Shown here one piece after another: positions 41,083 through 49,462 of a stretch of 49,462 bases of DNA; the stretch's first letter is position 1, and every line of letters begins with the position of its first letter. The stretch spans positions 1 to 49,462 of the forward strand of contig JACRKZ010000065.1 of NCBI GenBank assembly GCA_016235455.1, given 5' to 3'. Both the position numbers and the translations under genes were made by a program. This DNA is from Armatimonadota bacterium. Its GTDB lineage: Bacteria; Armatimonadota; UBA10988. The notes beneath the pieces are model-generated. The model had not been told where the DNA came from. It saw nothing but the letters and a program-made list of their open reading frames with translations, and did not search any database.

Positions 41083-41880
41083 ATGAAGCTCGGAGCCAAC
41101 TCCGTTCTGTTCGGCGGTCATGCGCTGGAGACCGCGTTCGAGTGCCTGGCCCTGGCCGGCTACGACGGCATCGAGCTGTCGGCCATCGGTGGCATGTCCG
41201 AGCACCTGGTGCTGGAGCGCTGGCAGGAGATCGCGCCGGACATCAAGACCTATGTCGAGCGCTACGGCCTGGAGTTGTTGGGCATGGAGCAGCCCAGCCA
41301 GGATCCCGCGGTCATGGAGACCGCGTTCCAGGCGGCGGCCGAGATCGGCGTGCCCATCGTCAATTGCGGGCCTGGCGGCAAGAGCGGCGACGAGGAGTCG
41401 CTCCAGGCGTCCATCGACAGCCTGGGCAAGCTGGCCGAGATGGCCGGGAAGTATGGCGTGACGCTGTGCGTCAAGGCGCATGTGGGCGCGTCCATCTGGA
41501 ACACGCCGACCACGCTCGAAGTGATCAAGGCTATCGACCTGCCGAGCTTCGGCATCGACATGGACCCGAGCCACATCCACCGCGCCGGCGAGAACCCCGT
41601 GGAAGCCATCGCGGCGGTGGTGTCGCGCGTCAAACACGTGCACATCCGCGACTGTAAGGGCACCCAGCAGAACCCCGGCAAGCCCGAGATGCAGGCCAAC
41701 GGCCGCGGCGACATCGACCTGCTCGGTTACATCCGCGTGCTGCATGAGCACGGCTACACCGGCCCGGTCGACCTGGAAGTCATCGGCGCCAAAGAGTACA
41801 GCGTGACCCAGTGCGCGGTCATCGCCGCCGAGTCGCGCGGGCACATGCAGGCCTGCCTGCAGGCTTGCGGGGCGCGCTAG
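41083..41880 (+). CDS. Sugar phosphate isomerase/epimerase (xylose-isomerase-like TIM barrel)
   Basis: GYDGIEL, DMDPSH, HVHIRD, GRGDID, GYTGPVDLEVI. Confidence 0.88.
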   Translation: MKLGANSVLFGGHALETAFECLALAGYDGIELSAIGGMSEHLVLERWQEIAPDIKTYVERYGLELLGMEQPSQDPAVMETAFQAAAEIGVPIVNCGPGGKSGDEESLQASIDSLGKLAEMAGKYGVTLCVKAHVGASIWNTPTTLEVIKAIDLPSFGIDMDPSHIHRAGENPVEAIAAVVSRVKHVHIRDCKGTQQNPGKPEMQANGRGDIDLLGYIRVLHEHGYTGPVDLEVIGAKEYSVTQCAVIAAESRGHMQACLQACGAR

Positions 41881-41889
41881 CACCAAAGC

Positions 41890-41966
41890 ACATCCGCAGA
41901 TATCGCAGATGAACGCAGATAGACGGCGTTCCGGTATCTGCGTCCATCTGCGATATCTGCGGATGT
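41890..41966. repeat. Intergenic palindrome; 32-bp arms with three CGCAGAT units, between convergent genes
   Basis: ACATCCGCAGATATCGCAGATGAACGCAGATA (41890-41921), 13-nt loop, TATCTGCGTCCATCTGCGATATCTGCGGATGT (41935-41966); 1 mismatch. Confidence 0.93.
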
Positions 41967-41976
41967 CCCGTAGCTG

Positions 41977-43311
<1,335 letters not shown>

Positions 43312-43379
43312 TGTCAGCCTCCAGGCACTTGCCCCCGGCGGCCTGTTCGGCGAGCGGTGGCGGCATCCTCTCTCTGACT

Positions 43380-43454
43380 CGCCAACCACAGAGAACACAG
43401 CGGCCACAGAGAAGACCCAGGAGGGGCTCCTCTCTGTGACCTCGGTGGTTGGCG
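43380..43454. repeat. Intergenic palindrome variant with CACAGAG units
   Basis: CGCCAACCACAGAGAACACAGCGGCCACAGAGA (three units) ... TCTCTGTGACCTCGGTGGTTGGCG (two units); the outer CGCCAACCAC/GTGGTTGGCG pair perfectly. Confidence 0.8.
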
Positions 43455-43456
43455 CT

Positions 43457-44869
43457 CTACGACCGCGAGATCAGGTGCGGGCTGTGGCCGAATTGGAGCT
43501 CGGCGGCCTCCATGACCGTCTCGGACAGGGTCGGGTGGGCGTGGATGGACATCATCACGTCCGTGGCCGAGGCGCCCATCTCGATGGCCAGCACGCCCTC
43601 GGCGATCATTTCGCCCGCGCCGACACCGACGATAGCCATGCCCAGGATGCGCTCCGACTGCGGGTCGACGATCATCTTGGTCATGCCGTCGTTGCGGGCC
43701 AGCGTGGTGGCCCGGCCCGAAGCCGCCCACGGGAAGCGGGTGACTTTGTGCGGAATGGCCTCCTGCCGGGCCTCAGCCTCGGTGATTCCGGCCCAGGCCA
43801 CCTCGGGGTCGGTGAAGACCACGGCGGGAATGGCTTGCGGGTCATACGCGGTCGGCTTGCCGAGCATGGCCTCGACGGCGATGCGCGCCTCGTAGGTGGC
43901 TTTGTGCGCCAACATGGGTTGGCCGGCCACATCGCCGATGGCCCAGATGTTCGGCACGTTGGTGCGGCGCTGGCCGTCGACCTTGACGAACCCGTGGCCG
44001 TCAATCTCGATGCCCAGTTCCTCGAGGCCGATGCCGGCCGAGCTCGGTCGCCGGCCGATCGAGACCAACACACGGTCGAAGACACGGACCGGGTCCTTGA
44101 GGTCGAGGCCGACCATCTTGACCTCGATGCCGCCCTCGACTTCGCGCGCTTCGACTACCTTGGTGTCCAGCAGCACCTCCTCGAACTTGGCCCGCAGGCT
44201 CACTTCGAGGATGTCCACCAGATCACGGTCGACGCCGCTGAGCAGACCCTGAGTGGCTTCGACCACAGTGACCTTGGAGCCCAGCCCACTGTAGACACTG
44301 CCCAGTTCCAGGCCGATGTAGCCACCACCGACGACCAGCATGGTGCCGGGGATGTCCTCGACCGCCAGCGCGCTCGTGGAATCCATGACGCGCGGGCTGG
44401 CCGGGAACAGCTTGGGCAGCGCGATGGGCGTGGAGCCCGTGGCCACGACGGCATAGTCGAACTCGACCGTCTCGGCGCCGCCGTTGTTGAGCGCCACCAG
44501 CAGGTGGTTGGCATCGAGGAAGCGGCCGCGGCCGGCCAGATGCTTCACCTTGCGCACCTTGCCCAGCACGCCCAGACCACCGGTCATCTTGGCCACGACG
44601 CTGTTCTTCCAGGCGCGCAGCTTGTCCAGGTCGATGGTCGGCTGACCGAAGCTGACACCGAAACGCTCGGCCTCCTTGGCTTCGCTGAGCACCTTGGCGA
44701 TGTGCAGCAGCGCCTTTGAGGGGATGCAACCGCGGTGCAGACAGACGCCGCCAGGCTGCTCATCGAGATCGACCAGCGTCACGTCGAACCCGTGGTCAGC
44801 GCCCAGGAATGCCGCCGGATAGCCGCCCGGCCCAGCGCCCAACACCAGCAAGCGAGGCTTTTCTGCCAT
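43457..44869 (-). CDS. lpdA: Dihydrolipoyl dehydrogenase (E3)
   Basis: [20 protein letters not shown] redox motif, [16 protein letters not shown]. Confidence 0.96.
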   Translation of the reverse strand: MAEKPRLLVLGAGPGGYPAAFLGADHGFDVTLVDLDEQPGGVCLHRGCIPSKALLHIAKVLSEAKEAERFGVSFGQPTIDLDKLRAWKNSVVAKMTGGLGVLGKVRKVKHLAGRGRFLDANHLLVALNNGGAETVEFDYAVVATGSTPIALPKLFPASPRVMDSTSALAVEDIPGTMLVVGGGYIGLELGSVYSGLGSKVTVVEATQGLLSGVDRDLVDILEVSLRAKFEEVLLDTKVVEAREVEGGIEVKMVGLDLKDPVRVFDRVLVSIGRRPSSAGIGLEELGIEIDGHGFVKVDGQRRTNVPNIWAIGDVAGQPMLAHKATYEARIAVEAMLGKPTAYDPQAIPAVVFTDPEVAWAGITEAEARQEAIPHKVTRFPWAASGRATTLARNDGMTKMIVDPQSERILGMAIVGVGAGEMIAEGVLAIEMGASATDVMMSIHAHPTLSETVMEAAELQFGHSPHLISRS

Positions 44870-44879
44870 GGTTCTATCG

Positions 44880-46184
44880 TCACCCTTCCAGTAGCGACAG
44901 CGGCTCTTGCACCGTGTCGATGATCCAGCGCAGGAACCGCGCGCCGTCCGCGCCGTCGACCAGACGGTGATCGATCGACAGCGACAGCGGCATCATCAGC
45001 CGCGGTTCGAACGCGCCGGCCGCCTCGTTCCATACGGGTTCGCGGACCGAGCGGCCCACGCCGAGAATGGCCACCTGCGGGTGCGGCACGACCGGCGTGA
45101 AGTAGCCGATGCCCAGCCCGCCGAGGTTGGTCAGCGTGAACGACGCGCCCTGCATGTCGTTCGGCGCCAGCTTGCCGCGCCGGCCGGCATCGGCCAGGTC
45201 GGTCATCTCCTTGGCCACCTGGAACAGGCTCTTCCGGTCGACATCGCGCACCACGGGCACCACCAGGCCGCGCTCGGAATCGACGGCGATGCCCAGGTGG
45301 TAGTGGTCCTTGAGGACGATCTGGTCGCCGGGAATGTCCAGGCTGGCATTGAGCTTGGGGAACTGCTTCAGCGCCTTGGCCAGCACCTTGAGCAGAATGG
45401 CCGTGACGGTGATCTTCACGCCGGCCCGGTCGGCGCGCGGTTTGAGCCTGGCCCGCCAGGCTTCAAGTGCGGTCACGTCGCACTTGTCGAAGATGGTGAC
45501 ATGCGGGATGGTGTGCCAGCACTCGGACAGGTAGGTGGCCGCGGTGCGCCGCACCTTGTTCATCGGCTCGACGTGGATGGCGCCCCACCGGCTGAACTCG
45601 GGAAGATCGGGGCCGGCGGCGGGCGCCACGGGCACCAGCCGGCCGACGTTCCGCGCGGCCGCCTTCACGTCCTCGACGCTGATGCGCCCGCCGGGTCCGG
45701 TGCCCTCGACGGTGCGGATGTCGATGCCCACCTCACGCGCGAACTGCCGCACCGACGGCGAGGCGAAGACCGGCGTCTTGTCGCTGCTGACGGCGGCCTT
45801 GGCCGGCTCGGGCGCCGCCGGCGCTTCGGCCGCGGCGGGCTCTGGGGTAGCGTTCGCCGCTGTAGCTATCGCCGCGGCCGCGGCCACGGCCGCCGCCAGC
45901 GCCTCGGCCTTGGCCGGCGGGTCGGCGGGCTTGGTGGCCGCGGCTTCACCGGCCTCAATGACCAGCATCACCGCGCCGACGTTGGCCTTGGTGCCGGCCT
46001 TCACCAGCACCTTGCTCACCGTGCCGGCCACGGGGCAGGGCACATCGAGCCCGGCCTTGTCGGTCTCTACTTCCAGCACCGTCTGGCCGGCGGCGACCGT
46101 GTCGCCCTCCTTGACCAGCACCTTCACCACATCGGCTGCCTTGATGCCTTCGCCCAGGTCGGGCAGCACAAAGTCAACGGCCAT
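44880..46184 (-). CDS. aceF: Pyruvate dehydrogenase E2, dihydrolipoamide acetyltransferase (single lipoyl domain)
   Basis: LPDLGEG..ETDKA lipoyl Lys, Ala/Pro linker, ASPSVR..GTGPGGRI E3-binding domain, DHRLVDG catalytic motif. Confidence 0.94.
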   Translation of the reverse strand: MAVDFVLPDLGEGIKAADVVKVLVKEGDTVAAGQTVLEVETDKAGLDVPCPVAGTVSKVLVKAGTKANVGAVMLVIEAGEAAATKPADPPAKAEALAAAVAAAAAIATAANATPEPAAAEAPAAPEPAKAAVSSDKTPVFASPSVRQFAREVGIDIRTVEGTGPGGRISVEDVKAAARNVGRLVPVAPAAGPDLPEFSRWGAIHVEPMNKVRRTAATYLSECWHTIPHVTIFDKCDVTALEAWRARLKPRADRAGVKITVTAILLKVLAKALKQFPKLNASLDIPGDQIVLKDHYHLGIAVDSERGLVVPVVRDVDRKSLFQVAKEMTDLADAGRRGKLAPNDMQGASFTLTNLGGLGIGYFTPVVPHPQVAILGVGRSVREPVWNEAAGAFEPRLMMPLSLSIDHRLVDGADGARFLRWIIDTVQEPLSLLEG

Positions 46185-46217
46185 ATCTCACCTCATGTCC
46201 AACAGTGGCGCGACAAC

Positions 46218-48878
46218 TCAGCGGGCCCAGGCTGACGGCCGCTCGGGGTCGATGCCCAGGTCGGCCATGGCGGCGGTCACCACCTCCGGCTTGACCTGCC
46301 CCGCGCGGGCCAACGACGACAGCGCCGCCACGGTCACCCAGCGATGGTCGACCTCGAAGAAGTCGCGCAGCTCGGCGCGACTCTCACTGCGGCCGAAGCC
46401 GTCGGTGCCCAGGCTGGTCAGGCCGCCGGGCACCCACTTGGCGATGGATTCGGGCAGCACCTTCATGTAGTCCGAGGCCGCCACCGCCGGCAGCTTGTCG
46501 CCGCCGAGCTGCTGAGTGACCCAGGGCAGGCGCTCGGGCTCGCCGGGATGCAGCAGGTTCCAGCGTTCGCAGTCCACCGCGTCGCGGCTCAGCGCCTTGT
46601 AGCTGGTCACCGACCACACCTCGGCCGACACGCCGTACTTCTCGGCCAGCAGGTCGCGGGCCCGCACCACCTCGTTGAGGATGGAGCCGCTGCCCAGCAG
46701 CCGGATGGCCGGCTGGCCCGCGGTCGCTTCCTGGAAACGGTACAGCCCGCGCAGGATGCCTTCCTCGACCCCGGGGGGCATAGGCGGCTGGGTGTAGTTC
46801 TCGTTGCCCACGGTCAGGTAGTAGAAGATGTCTTCCTGGTTCTCGCCCATGCGCCGCAGACCGTCGCGGATGACCGTGGCCAGCTCGTAGGCGTAAGCCG
46901 TGTCGTAGGCCTCCATGTTGGGGATCGGCAAGGCCAGCACATGGCTGTGGCCGTCCTGATGCTGGAGCCCTTCGCCGGCCAGCGTGGTGCGGCCGGCGGT
47001 GCCGCCCAGCATGAACCCGCGGCAGCGCATATCGCCCGCGGCCCAGGCCAGGTCGCCGATGCGCTGGAAGCCAAACATCGAGTAGTAGATGAAGAACGGG
47101 ATCAGCGGCCGACCGTGCGTGGCGTAAGCCGTGCCGGCGGCGATGAACGAGGACATGGCGCCGGCCTCATTGATGCCCTCTTCGAGGATCTGGCCGTCGC
47201 GCTGCTCCTTGTAGTACATCAGGCTTTCGTGGTCGACCGGCTCATAGAGCTGGCCCTGATGCGCGTAGATGCCGCACTGGCGGAACAGGCCCTCCATGCC
47301 GAAGGTGCGTGCCTCGTCGGGCACGATGGGCACGATAGACTGGCCCAGGTCGGGGTCCTTGAGCAGCTTGCTGAGCAGCCGCACGAAGACCATCGTGGTG
47401 CTCACCTCGCGGTCGCCTGTGCCGGCCATGAACTCGTCGTAGTGGTCGGTCTCGGCGGCCTTGAGAGGCACATTGACCGATCGGCGACTGGGCAGCGGGC
47501 CGCCCAGCGTGCGGCGGCGGTCGCGCAGATACTGCACCTCGACGCTGTCCTCGGGCGGCCGATAGAACTCCAGATGCTCGGCCTGCTCATCGGTCAGCGG
47601 CAGGTGGAAGCGGTCGCGGAAGGCCAGGATGGCCTCGGGCGAGAGCTTCTTCTGCTGATGGGTGACGTTCTGCGCCTCGCCGGCGTCGCCCATGCCGTAG
47701 CCCTTGATGGTCTTGGCCAGGATGACGGTGGGCGCGCCCTTGTGGGCGTAGGCGGCGTGGTAGGCGGCGTAGACCTTGGAGGAATCGTGGCCGCCGCGCT
47801 TGAGCTGCCAGAGGTCATCGTCGGACATCTTGGAGACCAACTCCAGCAGCCGCGGGTCGGAGCCGAAGAAGTGCTCGCGTACGTAGGTGCCGTTCTCGGC
47901 CTTGTAGCGCTGGTAGGCGCCGTCCACGACGTCCAACATGCGCCGCGCCAGCACACCCTCGCGGTCGGCGGCGAGTAGCGGGTCCCACTCAGCGCCCCAC
48001 AGCACCTTGATCACGTTCCAGCCGGCGCCGCGGAAGATGGCTTCCAGTTCCTGGACGATCTTGCCGTTGCCGCGCACCGGGCCGTCGAGCCGCTGCAGGT
48101 TGCAGTTGACGACGAACAGCAGGTTGTCGAGCCCTTCGCGGCTGGCCAGCGTGATGGCGCCGAGGGTCTCGGGCTCGTCGGTCTCGCCGTCGCCCAGGAA
48201 GGCGACTACCTTCTGGTCGGAGCGCTCTTTGAGGCCGCGGTCCTCCAGGTAGCGGAGCATGCGGGCGCGGTAGATCGCCATCAGCGGGCCGAGGCCCATG
48301 GACACCGTCGGGAACTGCCAGAAGTCGGGCATGAGCCACGGATGCGGGTACGATGACAGGCCGCCACCGGGCGCCAACTCGCGGCGGAAGTTCAGCAGCT
48401 GCTGCTCGGACAGCCGGCCCTCGAGGAAGGCGCGAGCGTATAGGCCCGGCGTGGCATGACCCTGGATGTACAGCAGGTCGCCACCGGACGGATGGTCGGG
48501 CCCGCGGAAGAAGTGGTGCAGGCCGACCTCGTACAGCGTGGCCGCCGAGGCATAGCTGGAGATGTGGCCGCCAATGCCGTTCTCCGCCTTGTTGGCGCGC
48601 ACGACCATGGCCATCGCATTCCAGCGGACCCAGCGGCGAATACGCTTCTCGACTTCCAGGTTGCCGGGGTAGGGCGGCTGCGAATCGACGTCGATGGTGT
48701 TTACATAGGGCGTCTGCGATGTGACCGGCAGCACCACGCCAGCCTTCTGGGCATGGATCTGCAGGCCTTGGAGCAAGCGCTTGACCCGTTCGCGGCCACG
48801 CGTGTAGAGCACATCGTCAAGCGAGTCGAGCCAGTCGGCAAGCTCCAAGGCATCAAGATCAGGCTGTTGAGCATCCAT
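46218..48878 (-). CDS. aceE: Pyruvate dehydrogenase E1, homodimeric type
   Basis: TPYVNTI, RWNAMAMV, GGHISSYAS, SSYPHPWLMPDFWQFPTVSMGLG, GDGETDEPE (ThDP), NLQRLDGPV, GEGLQHQDG, LGTDGFGRS; SD GGAGG before MDAQQ. Confidence 0.97.
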   Translation of the reverse strand: MDAQQPDLDALELADWLDSLDDVLYTRGRERVKRLLQGLQIHAQKAGVVLPVTSQTPYVNTIDVDSQPPYPGNLEVEKRIRRWVRWNAMAMVVRANKAENGIGGHISSYASAATLYEVGLHHFFRGPDHPSGGDLLYIQGHATPGLYARAFLEGRLSEQQLLNFRRELAPGGGLSSYPHPWLMPDFWQFPTVSMGLGPLMAIYRARMLRYLEDRGLKERSDQKVVAFLGDGETDEPETLGAITLASREGLDNLLFVVNCNLQRLDGPVRGNGKIVQELEAIFRGAGWNVIKVLWGAEWDPLLAADREGVLARRMLDVVDGAYQRYKAENGTYVREHFFGSDPRLLELVSKMSDDDLWQLKRGGHDSSKVYAAYHAAYAHKGAPTVILAKTIKGYGMGDAGEAQNVTHQQKKLSPEAILAFRDRFHLPLTDEQAEHLEFYRPPEDSVEVQYLRDRRRTLGGPLPSRRSVNVPLKAAETDHYDEFMAGTGDREVSTTMVFVRLLSKLLKDPDLGQSIVPIVPDEARTFGMEGLFRQCGIYAHQGQLYEPVDHESLMYYKEQRDGQILEEGINEAGAMSSFIAAGTAYATHGRPLIPFFIYYSMFGFQRIGDLAWAAGDMRCRGFMLGGTAGRTTLAGEGLQHQDGHSHVLALPIPNMEAYDTAYAYELATVIRDGLRRMGENQEDIFYYLTVGNENYTQPPMPPGVEEGILRGLYRFQEATAGQPAIRLLGSGSILNEVVRARDLLAEKYGVSAEVWSVTSYKALSRDAVDCERWNLLHPGEPERLPWVTQQLGGDKLPAVAASDYMKVLPESIAKWVPGGLTSLGTDGFGRSESRAELRDFFEVDHRWVTVAALSSLARAGQVKPEVVTAAMADLGIDPERPSAWAR

Positions 48879-48905
48879 GGACAGGCGGCTCCTCCCACGA
48901 CCAAC

Positions 48906-48934
48906 ATGATACGACGGACGTTCGTTATGGTCAG
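48906..48934 (-). promoter_or_regulatory. Putative promoter of aceE-aceF-lpdA (CTGACC-17bp-TATCAT)
   Basis: Reverse complement of 48929-48934 is CTGACC and of 48906-48911 is TATCAT, with a 17-bp spacer. Confidence 0.5.
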
Positions 48935-48977
48935 GGTCTATCCTTCCGCAAGGTTGACGCATCCACCGCGCGCTCAG

Positions 48978-49006
48978 TTGACCATCGCCCAACCTTCGGC
49001 TAGGAT
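48978..49006 (+). promoter_or_regulatory. Putative promoter of dedA (TTGACC-17bp-TAGGAT)
   Basis: TTGACC at 48978-48983, 17-bp spacer, TAGGAT at 49001-49006. Confidence 0.6.
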
Positions 49007-49027
49007 GCCCTGCGAATAGGCGGGTCC

Positions 49028-49462
49028 ATGGAAAGCACCACCATCAACTTCTTCGGCTACGACCTTGTGCAGATCATCCAGGCTGGGGGCCTGGTCGTGC
49101 TGTGCGGCATCGTCTTCGCCGAGACCGGGCTGTTTGTCGGCTGCTTCCTGCCCGGCGATTCACTGCTGGTGGCGGCGGGGTTCGTGGCGTCCATGTTCCC
49201 CGATAAGCTGTCCATCGGCCATGTGCTGGTGCTCGTGCCGCTGGCGGCGGTGTGCGGCGACCATCTGAACTACTATATCGGCCGGACCGCCGGCGCGGCA
49301 CTCTACAAGCGCGAATCGACACGCTTCTTCCGCCGCGACCATCTCCTGCAGACGCGCGACTTTGTGGACAAGTACGGCCCGGCCGGGCTGATCATGGCGC
49401 GCTTCGTGCCGTTCGCGCGGTCCTTCGCGCCGGCTGTGGTGGGCATCGCCGAGATGCCGTAC
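49028..49462 (+). CDS. dedA: DedA/VTT family membrane protein; 3'-partial (not in the supplied ORF track)
   Basis: My translation: MESTTINFFGYDLVQIIQAGGLVVLCGIVFAETGLFVGCFLPGDSLLVAAG...GDHLNYYIGR...MARFVPFARSFAPAVVG. Confidence 0.93.
   Translation, partial: MESTTINFFGYDLVQIIQAGGLVVLCGIVFAETGLFVGCFLPGDSLLVAAGFVASMFPDKLSIGHVLVLVPLAAVCGDHLNYYIGRTAGAALYKRESTRFFRRDHLLQTRDFVDKYGPAGLIMARFVPFARSFAPAVVGIAEMPY

Noticed and set aside
45780-45950. GCC-rich low-complexity stretch in aceF
   Set aside because: Ordinary Ala/Pro linker of the E2 subunit.
43457-48878. aceE-aceF-lpdA operon as a novelty
   Set aside because: Standard housekeeping arrangement with intact motifs.
49065-49342. Short ORFs listed at the window end
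   Set aside because: They overlap the real dedA frame starting at 49028, which the track missed because it has no stop within the window.

Overview
GC-rich bacterial chromosomal segment with about 34 protein-coding genes, two of them running off the window edges. I found no rRNA, tRNA, CRISPR array, transposase or phage genes. Content: (1) a degenerate asparagine-synthetase-like fragment and a GT4 glycosyltransferase; (2) an ADP-ribosylglycohydrolase-family + GH127 pair; (3) a tightly spaced five-gene operon (ABC exporter with Zn-ribbon N-extension, an aldo-keto reductase missing its catalytic Tyr and His, a membrane PP2C phosphatase, an anchored peptidoglycan amidase, a ClpA/C-like AAA+ paralog); (4) many secreted or putative carbohydrate-active enzymes (CE15, beta-helix+LamG, GH-A-like barrel, propeller-like protein, GH20, SGNH); (5) ferritin, a DUF3187-like protein, DUF1003, GNAT; (6) a MEDS sensor with a PAS hybrid kinase, and a second hybrid kinase with a FixL-like heme PAS; (7) an AraM/EgsA-like dehydrogenase and a sugar-catabolic cluster (three Gfo/Idh/MocA, two TIM-barrel isomerases, a Thr-type sulfatase-like enzyme); (8) the aceE-aceF-lpdA operon and a partial dedA. 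The most striking non-coding signal is a family of palindromes built from ~9-bp C(A/G)CAGA units at four consecutive gene junctions (39.9-43.5 kb). All calls come from motif recognition by eye; no database searches were run, and start codons are best estimates.
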